DNA of 64,000 nt from the human T2T-CHM13v2.0 reference genome, Homo sapiens: the NCBI RefSeq assembly GCF_009914755.1, contig NC_060925.1. The stretch is one strand, 5' to 3'. A model generated the notes under the pieces. The model ran no database searches. It saw only the letters and a list, made by a program, of their open reading frames with translations, and was not told the DNA's origin. A program made the position numbers and the translations under genes. Positions 27,000 through 38,969 of the stretch are shown piece by piece; the stretch's first letter is position 1, and every line of letters starts with the position of its first letter.

Positions 27000-27291
27000 G
27001 GCTGGGCACGGTGGCTCATGCCTATAATCCCAGTACTTTGGGAGGCCAAGGTGGGCAGATCATGAGGTCAGGAGATCGAGACCATCCTTGCCAACATGGT
27101 GAAACCCCGTCTCTACTAAAATACAAAAAATTAGCCAGGTGTGGTGGCACACGCCTGTAGTCCCAGCTACTCAGAAGGCTGGGGCAGGGAAATTGCTTGA
27201 ACCTGGGAGGTGGGGCTTGCAGTAAGCCAAGACTGCACCACTGCAACTCCAGCCTGGTGACAGAGCAAGACTCTGTCTCAACAACAAAAAA
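27000..27291 (+). mobile_element. AluSc-like SINE
   Basis: GATCATGAGGTCAGGAGATCGAGACCATCC and CCTGGTGACAGAGC diagnostics; imperfect TSD …GAGTCCCA… on both sides. Confidence 0.92.
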
Positions 27292-28029
27292 GAGTCCCAG
27301 TCCAACTCAAGGCCTCCAACTTGGCTGAAGATGAATTCTCAGTATTGCGAATGCGTATTTTGAGAAAGGGTGTGGAAGTGGTGAAAACTCTGCTCTTTCT
27401 GGCTAAGTTTTAATCAGAAATCACATCTCTATTTACTTGAAAATCAGTCAGAATGTAGCTATACCAGGATCTATGTCCCTGGGAGCAGCAAAGCCTTAGT
27501 TGATCAAAAGTGCCTTTGAATGCACAGCAGCCCAGAGATGCAGCCTGGAGAAGAGACCTGGAGCCCTGCCTATGAGAGTAGTATGCCTCACCTGGCTATC
27601 TCCAATTTCCAAATTCAGTTAATTTTCTATTTTCTGACTCAAAGCTGTATATGGATAATGCTAAATTCGGCAACACATTCAGCATCTTCTCCGCACCAAC
27701 ATCTTTCTAAGTAGCGGAGATTCTGAGATGAACAAAACACAGTCCCACCCCTCCTACCTCACCAAGAGAAATTCAATCTTGCAAGAAATACAGGCATCCT
27801 GACCACGGTAAGAAGTATTCTAAGTGCTGTGATAGAAGTGTGTCCACAGAGAAATTATGCATTGGGCAGGAGGGTCGGGTGTTAGCAGACCCATTTGAGT
27901 TGGGCCTCGAGGAATAGATGATTAAGAGCTCACCAAAGAATGATGAGATGATAAAGGAATTTCTAAGCAGAGAGAAAAGCATGGGAAGATGGAGCAAGGA
28001 TTTTGCATATTGTTTAAAGAAAGGATTTT

Positions 28030-28805
28030 TTTAAGGTAATATCAGATCTTTTCACACACTTGCTTAAAACCTTCCAGTGCCTTCCCATTGCACCTAAACA
28101 AATAGGTTAGTCTCAGGACTATGACATGACCTCTACCTACTTCATCTTGTACTTCTCTCGTTTTTGCTTGCTCTGCTTAGCCCACTGGCATTCTTTCTGT
28201 TCTTGTAATACACCAAGTTTATTCCTATTCTATTGCCTTTCCATTTACTGTTCTCTCTTTTGAACGTTCTTCCTCAATGCCTTCTCTTCTTTCAGATCTC
28301 ATCTCAGATGCCACCTACACAAAGCAGTCTTTCCTGACCACTTAATTTAAATTAGACCTCTGACTGAAATCACTCTCTCTCAATCCCTTTTATTTTCTTC
28401 ACAGCACTCATCACCATTTGAAATTGTTTCTCTCCACACTAGAGCATAAGCTTCTTTTTTTTCCTTCATAGGCTCACTTTATTTATTTATTTTTATTATT
28501 ATACTTTAAGTTCTAGGGTACATGTGCACAATGTGCAGTTTTGTTACATAGGTATACATGTGCCATGTTCGTTTGCTGCACCCATCAACTCATCATTTAC
28601 ATTAGGTATTTCTCGTAATGCTATCCCTCCCCCAGCCCCCCACACCCCGACAGGCCCCAGTGTGTGATGTTCCCCACCCTGTGTACAAGTGATCTAATTG
28701 TTCAATTTCCACCGATGAGTGAGAACAGAGCATAAGCTTCTTGAGGGAGGCACTCAGTACCTACACGTTCCTGGTACAATGTGTGCATTAAATAGATGAA
28801 TTAAA
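28030..28805 (+). mobile_element. L2 LINE fragment, interrupted by a short L1
   Basis: CTTAAAACCTTCCAGTGCCTTCCCATTGC…TCTCAGATGCCACC…AGAGCATAAGCTTCTT[L1]GAGGG…. Confidence 0.65.
28457..28726 (-). mobile_element. Heavily 5'-truncated L1PA (L1PA6/7-like) 3' end
   Basis: Reverse L1 3' UTR; perfect 16-bp TSD AGAGCATAAGCTTCTT at 28441-28456 and 28727-28742. Confidence 0.93.
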
Positions 28806-29175
28806 TGGTGATTAGAACCTTGCGTTTGTAGGCAGGGCGCTCAGGAAGGCAGTAGTAGATATAAAGGTGGATAAGACTAGTAGCAATGATTTTTATAGTA
28901 ATAATATCTACCAAATAATGGTTCATTTTCTTTTTTAATTTTTAGAAATATAACCCTTTTTCTCTTTTCTTTTTTTATTATAAGTTCTGGGGTACATGTG
29001 CACAACGTGCAGGTTTGTTACATAGGTATACATGTGCCATGTTAGTTTGCTGCACCCATCAACTCATCATTTACATTAGGTATTTCTCCTAATGCTATCC
29101 CTCCCCCATACCCCCACCCCCCAACAGGCCCCAGTGTGTGATGTTCCCCTCCCGGTGTCCATGTGTTCTCATTGT

Positions 29176-32100
29176 TCAACTCCCATTTATGAGTGAGAAC
29201 ATGAGGTGTTTGGTTTTCTGTTCTTGTGTTACTTTGCTGAGAATGATGGTTTCCAGCTTCATCCATGTCCCTACAAAGGACATGAACTCATCGTTTTTTA
29301 TGGCTGCATAGTATTCCATGGTGTATATGTGCCACATTTTCTTTATCCAGTCTATCATTGATAGGCACTCCAGTTGGTTCCAAGACTTTGCTACTGTGAA
29401 CAGTGCTGCAATAAACATATGTGTCCATGTGTCTTTATAGTAGAATGATTTATAATCCTTTGGGTATATACCCAGTAATGGGATGGCTGGGTCAAATGGC
29501 ATTTCTAGTTCCAGATACTTGAGGAGTCACCACAGAGTCTTCCACAATGGTTGAATGAATTCACACTCCCATCAACAGTGTAAAAGTGTTCCTATTTCTC
29601 TACATCCTCTCCAGCACCTGTTGTTTCCTGACTTTTCAATAATGGCCATTCTAACTGGCGTGAGATGGTATCTCACTGTAGTTTTGATTTGCATTTCTCT
29701 GATGACCAGTGATGATGAGCATTTTTTCATGTTTCTGTTGGCTGCATAAATGTCTTCTTTTGAGAAGTGTCTGTTCATATAATTTGCCCACTTCTTGATG
29801 GGGTTGTTTGTTTTTTTCTTGTAAATTTGTTTAGGTTCTTTGTAGATTCTGTATATTAGCCCTTTGTCAGATGGCTAGATTGCAAAAATTTTCTCCCATT
29901 CTGTAGGTTGCCTATTCAGTCTGATGGTAGTTTCTTTTGCTGTGCAGAAGCTCTTTTGTTTAATTAGATCCCATTTGTCTATTTTGGCTTTTGTTGCCAT
30001 TGCTTTTGGTGTTTTAAGCATGAAGTCTTTGCCCATGCCTATGTCCTGAATGGTATTGCCTAGGATTTCTTCAAGGGTTTTTATGGTTTTAGGTCTTACA
30101 TTTAAGTCTTTAATCCATCTTGAGTTAATTTTTATATAAGGTGTAAGGAAGGGATCCAGTTTCAGCTTTCTGCTTATGGCTAGCCAGTTTTCCCAGCACC
30201 ACTTATTAAATAGGGAATCCTTTCCCCCTTGCTTGTTTTGTCAGTGTGTCAAAGATCAGATGGTTGTAGATGTGTGGTGTTTTTTTCTGAGGGCCTCTGT
30301 TCTGTTCCATTGGTCTATGTATCTGTTGTGGTACCAATACTATGCTGTTTTGGTTACTGTAGCCTTGTAGTATAGTTTGAAGTCAGGTAGCGTGACACCT
30401 CCAGCTGTGTTCTTGTTGCTTAGGATTGTCTTGGCTATGTGGGCTCTTTTTTGGTTCCATATGAACTTTCAAGTAGTGTTTTCTAATTCTGTGAAGAAAG
30501 TCAGTGGTAGCCTGATGGTGATAGCATTGAATCTATAAATTACTATGGGCAGTATAGCCATTTTCACGATATTGATTCTTTCTATACATAAGCATGGAAT
30601 GTTCTTCCATTTGTTTGTGTCTTCTTTTATTTCCTTGAGCAGTGGTCTGTAGTTCTCCGTGAAGCGGTCCTTCACATCCCTTGTAAGTTGGATTCCTAGA
30701 TATTTTATTCTCTTTGTAGCAATTGTGAATGGGAGTTCACTCATGATTTGGCTCTCTGTTTGTCTGTTATTGGTGTATAAGAATGCTTGTGATTTTTGCA
30801 CATTGATTTTGTACCCTGAGACTTTCCTGAAGATGTTTATCAGCTTAAGGAGATTTTGGGCTGAGACAATGGGGTTTTCTAAATAAACAATCATGTCATC
30901 TGCAAACAGGGACAATTTTACTTCCTCTTTTCCTATTGAATACCCTTTATTTCTTTCTCCTGCCTGATTGCCCTGGCCAGAATTTCCAATACTATGTTGA
31001 ATAGGAGTGGTGAGAGAAGGTATCATTGTCTTGTGCCAGTTTTCAAAGGGAATACTTCCAGTTTTTGCCCATTCAGTATGATAGTGCCTGTGGGTCTGTC
31101 ATAAATAGCTCTTATTATTTTGAGATGCATTCCATCAATACCTAGTTTATTGACAGTTTTTAGCATGAAGGGCTGTTGAATTTTGTTGAAGGCCTTTTCT
31201 GCATCTATTGAGCTAATCATGTGGTTTTTGTCATTGGTTCTGTTTATGTGATGGATTATGTTTATTGATTTGCATATGTTGAACCAGCCTTGCATCCCAG
31301 GGATGAAACCGACTTGATTGTGGTGGATAAGCTTTTTGATGTGCTGCTGGATTTGGTTTGCCAGTATTTTATTGAGGATTTTCACATCGATGTTCATCAA
31401 GGATATTGGCCTAAAATGTTCTTTTTTTGTTGTGTCTCTGCCCGGTTTTGGTATCAAGATGATGCTGGCTTCATAAAATGAGTTAGGGAGGATTCCCTCT
31501 TTTTCGGTTGATTGGAATTGTTTCAAAAGGAATGGTACCAGCTCCTCTTTGTGCCTCTGGCAGAATTTGGCTATGAATTTGGCTATGAATCTGTCTGTCC
31601 TGGACTTTTTTTGGTTGGTAGGCTATTAATTATTGCCTCAATTTCAGAACCTGTTATTGGTCTATTCAGAGATTTGACTTCTTCCTGGTTTAGTCTTGGG
31701 AGGGTGTAAGCATCCAGGAATTTATCCATTTCTTCTAGATTTTCTAGAAGAGAGGCATAGAGGTGTTTATAGTATTCTCTGACGGTAGTTTGTATTTCTG
31801 TGGGATTGGTGGTGATATCCCCTTTATCATTTTTTATTGCATCTATTTGATTATTCTCTCTTTTCTTCTTTATTAGTCTGGCTTGTGGCCTATCTATTTT
31901 GTTTATCTTTTCAAAAAATCAGCTCCTGGGTTCATTGATTTTTTGAAGGGTTTTTTGTGTCTCTATCTCCTTCAGTTCTGTTCTGATCTTAGTTATTTCG
32001 TGTCTTCTGCTAGCTTTTGAATTTGTTTGCTCTTGCTTCCCTAGTTCTTTTAATTGTGGTGTTAGGGTGTCAATTTTAGATCTTTCCTGCTTTCTCTTGT

Positions 32101-33012
32101 GGGCATTTAGTGCTATAAATTTCCCTCTACACATTGGTTTAAATGTGTCCCAGAGATTCTGGTGTGTTGTGTCTTTGTTCTCACTGGTTTCAAAGGACAT
32201 CTTTATTTCTGCCTTCATTTCATTATTTACCCAGTAGTCATTCAGGAGCAGGTTGTTCAGTTTCCATGTAGCAGTGCAGTTTTGAGTGAGTTTCTTAATC
32301 CTGAGTTCTAATTTGATTGCACTGTGGTCTGAGAGACAGTTTGTTGTGATTTCTGTTCTTTTACATTTGCTGAGGAGTGTGTTGCTTCCAATCATGTGGT
32401 CAATTTTAGAATAAGTGCAATGTGGTGCTGAGAAGAATGCATATTCTGTTGATTTGGTGTGGAGAGTTCTGTAGATGTATATTAGGTCCACTTGGTCCAA
32501 AGCTGAGTTCAAGTCCCCGATATCCTTGTGAATTTTTTGTCTTGTTGATGTGTCTAATATTGACAGTGGGGTGTTAAAGTCTCCCACTATTATTGTGTGG
32601 GTGTCTAAGTGTCTTTGTATGTCTCTAAGAATTTGCTTTGTGAATCTGGGTGGTCCTGTATTGGGTGCATATATATTCAGGATAGTTAGCTCTTCTTGTT
32701 GAATTGATCCCTTTACCATTATGTAATGGCCTTCTTTGTCTCTTTTGGTCTTTGTTGGTTTAAAGTCTGTTTATCAGAGACTAGGACTGCAACACCTGCT
32801 TTTCTTTGCTTTCCATTTGCCTGGTAGGTCTTCCTCCATCCCTTTATTTTGAGCCTGTGTGTGTCTTTGCACATAAGATGGGTCTCCTGAATACAGCATA
32901 CCAATGGGTCTTGACTCTGTATCCAATTTGCCAGTGTGTGTCTTTTAATTGGGGCATTTAGCTCATTTACATTTAAGGTTAATATTGTTATGTGTGAATT
33001 TGATCCTGTCAT
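29176..33012 (-). pseudogene. L1 ORF2p (endonuclease/reverse transcriptase) remnant (disrupted)
   Basis: MTGSNSHITILTLNVN… endonuclease start, [36 protein letters not shown] (RT), CWRGC…HC zinc knuckle; broken into many ORFs. Confidence 0.95.
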
Positions 33013-33019
33013 TATGATG

Positions 33020-34101
33020 TTAGCTGGTTATTTTGCCCATTAGTTGATGCTGTTCTTCATAGCATCGATGGTCTTTACAATGTGGCATGTTTTGCAGTGG
33101 CTGGTACCGGTTGTCCCTTTCTATGTTTAGTGCTTCCTTCAGGAGCTCTTGTAAGGCAGGCCTGGTGGTGACAAAATCTCTCAGCATTTGCTTGTCTGTA
33201 AAGGATTTTATTTCTCCTTCACTTATGAAGCTTAGTTTGGCTAGATATGAAATTCTGGGTTGAAAATTCTTTCCTTTAGGAATGTTGAATATTGGCCTCC
33301 ACTCTCTTCTGGCTTGTAGTGCTTCTGCAGAGAGATCTGCTGTTAGTCTGATGGGCTTCCCTTTGTGAGTAACCTGACCTTTCTCTCTGGCTGCCCTTAA
33401 CATTTTTTCCTTCATTTCAACCTTGGTGAACCTGACGATTATGTGTCTTGGGGTTGCTCTTCTCGAGGAATATCTTTGTGGTGTTCTCTCTATTTCCTGA
33501 ATTTGAATGTTGGCCTGCCTTGCTAGGTTGGGGAAGTTCTCCTGGATAATATCCATAAGAGTGTTTTCCAACTTGTTTCCATTCTCCCCGTCACTTTCAG
33601 GTTCACCAATCAAACGTAGATTTGGTCTTTTCACATAGTCCCATATTTCTTGCAGGCTTTGTTCATTTCTTTTCACTCTTTTTTTTATCTAATCTTGTCT
33701 TCTCACTTTATTTCATTAATTTGATTTTCAGTCACTGATATCCTTTCTTTCACTTGATCAATTCAGCTACCGAAGCTTGCATGTGCTTCACAAGGTTCTC
33801 GTGCTACGTTTTTCAGCTCCAACGGGTCATTTATGTTCTCCTCTACACTGGTTATTCTAGTTAGCAATTCATCTAAGTTTTTTTCAAGGCTCTTAGCTTC
33901 TTTGCATTGGGTTAGAACATGCTCCTTTAGTTCGGAGGAGTTTGTTATTACCCATCTTCTGAAGCCTACTTCTATGAGTTTGTCAAACTCATTCTTCGTA
34001 CAGTTTTGTTCCCTGGCTTGCAAGGAGTTGTGATCCTTTGGAGGAGAAGAGACATTCTGGTTTTTGGAATTTTCAGTCTTTCTGCACTGGTTTCTCCCCA
34101 T
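33020..34101 (-). pseudogene. L1 ORF1p remnant (disrupted)
   Basis: MGRNQCRKTENSKNQ… (34101) and …EQSLQEIWDYVKRPNLRLIG…RPALQELLKEAL; split into separate ORFs by stop/frameshift. Confidence 0.93.
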
Positions 34102-34399
34102 CTTTGTGGTTTTTATCTACCTTTGGTCTTTGATGTTGGTGACCTACTGATGAGGTTTTGGTGTAGATGTCCTTTTTGTTGATGTTGATGCTATTCCTTC
34201 CTCTTTGTCAGTTTTCCTTCTAACAGTCAGGCTCCTCAGCTGCAGGTCTGTTGGAGTTTGTTAGAGGTCCACTCCAAACCTTGTTTGCCTGGGTATCACC
34301 AGTGGAGGCTGCAGAACAGCAAATATCACTGCCTGATCCTTCCTCTGGAAGCTTCGTCCCAGAAGGGCACCTGCCAGATGTCAGCCAGATCTCTCTTGT

Positions 34400-35261
34400 A
34401 TGAGGGGTCTGTTGGCCCCTACTGGGAGGTGTCTCCCAGTCAGGCTACTCGGGGGTCAGGGACCCACTTGAGGAAGCACCCTGTCCATTATTAGAACTTG
34501 AACACTGTGCTGAGATAACCACTGCTCTCTTCAGAGCTGTCAGACAGGAACATTTAAGTCTGCTGAAGCTGTGCCCACAGCTGCCCTTTCCCCCAGGTGC
34601 TCTGTCCCAGGAAGATGGGGGTTTTATCTATAACTCTCTGACTGGGGCTGCTGCTTTTTGTTCAGAGATGCCCAGCCCACGAGGTGGAATCTAGAGAGGC
34701 ACCTTGCTGAGCTGTGGTGGGCTCTGCCCAGTTTGAACTTCCCGGTGGCTGTGTTTACACTGTGAGCATAAAACTGCCTACTCAAGCCTCAGCAATGGCG
34801 GATGCCCCTCCCCCCACCAAGCTCCAGCATCCCAGGTCGATCTCAAGACTGCCGCGCTCACAGCAAGAATTTCAAGCCAATGGGATCTTAACTTGCTGGG
34901 CTCTGTGGGCATGGGACCTGCTGAGCCAGGCACCGGAGGGAATCTCCTGGTCTGCCGGTTGCAAAGACCATGGGAAAAGTGCAGTATCTGGGCATGAGTG
35001 TACCATTCCTCCCAGTACAGTCTCTCAAGGCTTCCCTTGGCTAGGAAGGGAAATCCCCTGACCCCTTGCACTTCCCGGGTGAGGCGACACCCTGCCCTGC
35101 TTCGGCTCACCCTCCATGGGCTGCATCCACTGTCCAACCAGTCCCAATGAGATGAACCAGGTACCTCAGTTGGAAATGCAGAAATCACCTGTCTTCTGCA
35201 TCAATCTCGCTGGGAGCTGCAGACTGGAGCTGTTCCTATTCGACCATCTTGCCAGAAATCC
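34400..35261. promoter_or_regulatory. L1 5' UTR: internal sense promoter (-) and antisense promoter/ORF0 region (+)
   Basis: YY1-type CAAGATGG at the 5' end (CCATCTTG on + near 35245); ORF0-homologous ATG at 34795. Promoter function is known for L1PA 5' UTRs generally, but activity of this CpG-depleted copy is untested. Confidence 0.55.
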
Positions 35262-36907
35262 ATGGCTCATTTTCTTTGTGTTGGGCCCATGCTAAGCCCA
35301 TTATCTTGTTTAACCTTCAGAGTAATCTTGGGACATAATAATTATGAGCCCTCATTTAAAGAAAAAGTATTTGAGAGATAGAGGGGAGTTCAGTAATACA
35401 TTAACTTCATATTACTCCTAAAAAAATAACTAGTATTTGAACCCAGTTCTGTCTCACTCCAAAGGCCAAATTAAACAATTACATAGAGAAGGGAGATTGA
35501 GCTAACATCTCATTACTAGTCTGGGGGATCTTCTACAAGCATATGATTCCAACAGAAGGATACCTTTCAGGGCAAATTGTGGGAATGGGACAAATCAAAC
35601 TCAGTAGTAGATTCCACATCTTGCCCTCAGCTAGCGAGAGATTCACTCTTTTCCTAAACTCCATGTATACGCACCAAGACAAAATATTAGGCCAATATAT
35701 CCACTTTTACATTAAAATATCTAGAAATATCAGAAAAAATTATTTGATTTAAATGAAACACTTGAAGAGAAAGGGATTAATTCAGTTCATTCCCTGGACA
35801 TTTCACTCATGATGGCCAAAAATGACATTTTGTCTTTTTTGAACATAATGTTTTTTGAACATTTGTGTATACGTTCATGTCTGTAGTTCTTCTAGGTCTA
35901 AAATAAATTTGAGGTGACTCACAGAAATGCATATAATACAAATGTAAATAAGTAAATAAAAGAGAAAATGAAGACCAGAAATTACAAGTAGGAAAATGAA
36001 ACAAAGTTTGAAGTAAGATTAGTAGAAATCAATGCATGCCATAAGGTTTTGTACACTCATTAGAGGTAGGCTTTATTCCTACAAATCAAAGTAAGCAAGG
36101 AACTGATTTATCTTATGATTCTTAGAGTCCAAAAAATAAAAATAAATAACCCAGTTTTTTGGGCAAAAAATAAGCTGGTTACTCACAATTTTTCCTGGTC
36201 ATGAAACCTGAAAATTTTTTTGTATGCTTTCATAAATGTTTTATCATCACCTTTAGAGTATATACATTAAATGTTTTTGTAAGATTATTTTTATGGAGCC
36301 CCTAAATGCAGGCAAACAGCAATATACTAAAGTGCCATTCTATAAAAGCAACTCTATGAGGCATCAAGATAGTGCAGGCCAGCTATGCAGCTCTCAGATT
36401 ATCCAGATTGGTCCGAGGACAGGGAAACTAATGAACTGTGTTTCCTCAGGCAGGCTTCTATTAATGTTATTTCTTGAAACTAGACTTTTATTTACAATAA
36501 AATAGAAAAGTACTTGAGGTTCCATTGCATATCAAATTCCTAGAATACCAAAATAGATATTCCACTATGGTAGCTCAAGGCATAATCCTGTATTCTTAAT
36601 GGTCACAAAAGTGGAAAGTAGATCTTATATGCTCTTTTGAAAATTAAGAAATCAACAAACTGTTGGGTAGGTACCAAGAAAGAACATCTAGATAGGGTGA
36701 TGATTATTCACAGAAAAATATATAAGATCTAATCTAATGCCCTGGCAATCGGCATAGAGTTGCAAAGTTTTCTGCTTTCAATTTAAGTAAGGCAATATAT
36801 TTTCTCTTTTAAGTAGAATTCAATTTTCAATGGAATTGTTGCTACTGCATTGAGCTGGCCAAGGGTTTTCTTATGCCTCAAAGAAACAAAATATTGGTAA
36901 TCACTAC

Positions 36908-37172
36908 AGTTATCCCTCAGTATCTGTAGGGGATATGTTCCAAGATACCTAACAAATATCAAAAATTGCAGACGCTCAAGTCCCTTATAGAAAATCACAT
37001 AGCATTTGCATATAACCTATACACATCCTCCTATATATTTTAAATCATTTCAAGATTACTTGTAATACCTAAATGCTATGTAAATAGTTTTTATACTATA
37101 TTTAGAAATTTGTACTTATTGTTGTATTGTTGAATCCATGGATGCAGAACCAGAGACAGGGAGGCCCAATTG
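36908..37172. mobile_element. MER2 (TcMar-Tigger family) DNA transposon
   Basis: CAGTTATCCCTCAGTATCTGTAGGGGAT…GTTGAATCCATGGATGCAGAACC…CAATTG, flanked by TA on both sides. Confidence 0.8.
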
Positions 37173-37817
37173 TATACATTCACTATTGAGTGCATTTGAC
37201 CTGAGCTCTAAAATGCTACTCTAAGAAAAGGAAGTCTGGAAAAGTTTCCTGTTCTGTGACTGTGTTTTAATAAATAAAAAGGCAGCTGTGATGAAGAGAA
37301 AGCAGCATATGGAATGAAAACCCTATAAGTAAATTGTCTGCAGAATGTTGCAGTAATCCCCATAGCATGTGCTTCCTAGAGAATGATGGGACATTTGTCA
37401 ACACACATTGAGCAAATGATGGGAAAAGACTCCCATATATAATTCATCTCTCTATCAAGTTAAGTACACAAATACCTAAATTGTGGGTTGGCACAGACTA
37501 AATATTTAAAAGCTTCCCACAGTGCTCTAGGTCCTCATTGTTGCCATTCAGACAACACCAGGAAACAAGCATTTGCCTCATTCAGTGTCACTAACAAACA
37601 CCTCTCCTCTTTTAGTCAACAAGCACCAGTCATTTTATGCTGGCTATTAGTGCTCTCTTTGGCCAAAACCAATTACAGAGAAACTTCAAGCTTTAAGGAA
37701 TGTACCCACGTTATGCTTATAAATGTGCTTTATTTTAAAATTAGTTAGGTGTAAAATTCCCTACAATTTTCCTAAGAGGCTTTTATCATAACATCCATAT
37801 CGCTTCAGTGAACTTCT

Positions 37818-37841
37818 GTGTGCGTGTGTGTGTGTGTGTGT
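37818..37841. repeat. (TG)n microsatellite
   Basis: GTGTGCGTGTGTGTGTGTGTGTGT. Confidence 0.85.
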
Positions 37842-38969
37842 CTCCCTCTCATAGATGGAAACTACTTGAACAGTGAGCTTTCCTTATTTGTCTTGGTACA
37901 ACCAGCACCTATCACATAGTGGGTGCTTAAAGATTGTCAGTGAATAAATTAATTAATGCAAGAAAATATTTTTTGTTTATAAAAATATTTAGATTTTGAG
38001 TGTTTAACACCATCACCATCATCTCACTAATTCCCATATTGTAGCCTCCTGAACATGTCTGATTTAAATAACCAAAGATACATCAAGAATATTCCATACA
38101 ATGCGTTCTGTGAGAGTTTGCATATTATCTCTCATTTGAAATCCAATTCCACTTACAAAACTGTACTTCACATGAACATTTTTTATATCATACCTACTAT
38201 AAAAATGTATCAGATATATCAAACTAAAACTGTGTAAAGTACCCCAAGTAGATTTGGAAAAATAAATGGTTTTAGTCAAGTACATGGATGATGGCTTCTT
38301 ACTAACTTGTTAGTAAGGTATCTAGGTATGACACAAAGTTAGTTTCAGAAACAAAAATAACTCATTCTTTGACCAAACAGTTTTTCCAAGTCAAGTTATT
38401 TCTTTCAAAAGAAGATAAAATCTATGTAAATAAACACTAAGTATAATGTCAGTTGTAAAACCAAAGTTGCTCTCTGATCAAATAAGATATTGTGAAGAGC
38501 TATGGAAGCAATAATTTTGCTTCCAAATGTATTTGTACCCAAAGATGACCAAAGGGAGGAGGGAGGAGGAAAGGAGGAAGGGGAAGTCAGTGAGTTCCTA
38601 ATATGACTACTAAAAAGTATGATAATGTTAATATTAACAGTCAGCATTTATTAAGGGCTTACTATATAACAGGCATTGTTACATTTTATTCATTATTATT
38701 AATATACCCCTTTAAAGAATGAAAAACCAGGTTTGAAGAGGTTAAACAACTTCCCTAAGGTCCACACCTTACTGATGGTAAAATTAGGAACAAAATCCTG
38801 ATGTGTCTGACTCTAAACCTGAGCAGATACTCACTAGGCTATGCTTATTTCTGACCAATACTCTAACCCTGTACTAAGGAAAGAGCTAAATCCAAAAGGC
38901 CTTGTCTCAAGGGTCTCACAGAGTAGGAGGAGAGAGAAGCAGGGAGAATGAGCTCCTGAAAGGCCTAGA

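Larger units (their letters stand above)
28933..35261 (-). mobile_element. Full-length (~6.3 kb) L1PA7/6-like LINE-1, inactive, same orientation as AGBL4
   Basis: 5' UTR begins (minus) GGATTTCTGGCAAGATGGTCGAATAGGAACAGCTCC; ORF1 and ORF2 remnants; 3' UTR with poly-A; TSD ATGG(T/C)TCATTTTCTT at 28918-28932 and 35262-35276. Confidence 0.96.

Noticed and set aside
31563-31590. 12-bp tandem duplication GAATTTGGCTAT in L1 ORF2
   Set aside because: Ordinary slippage in a dead element.
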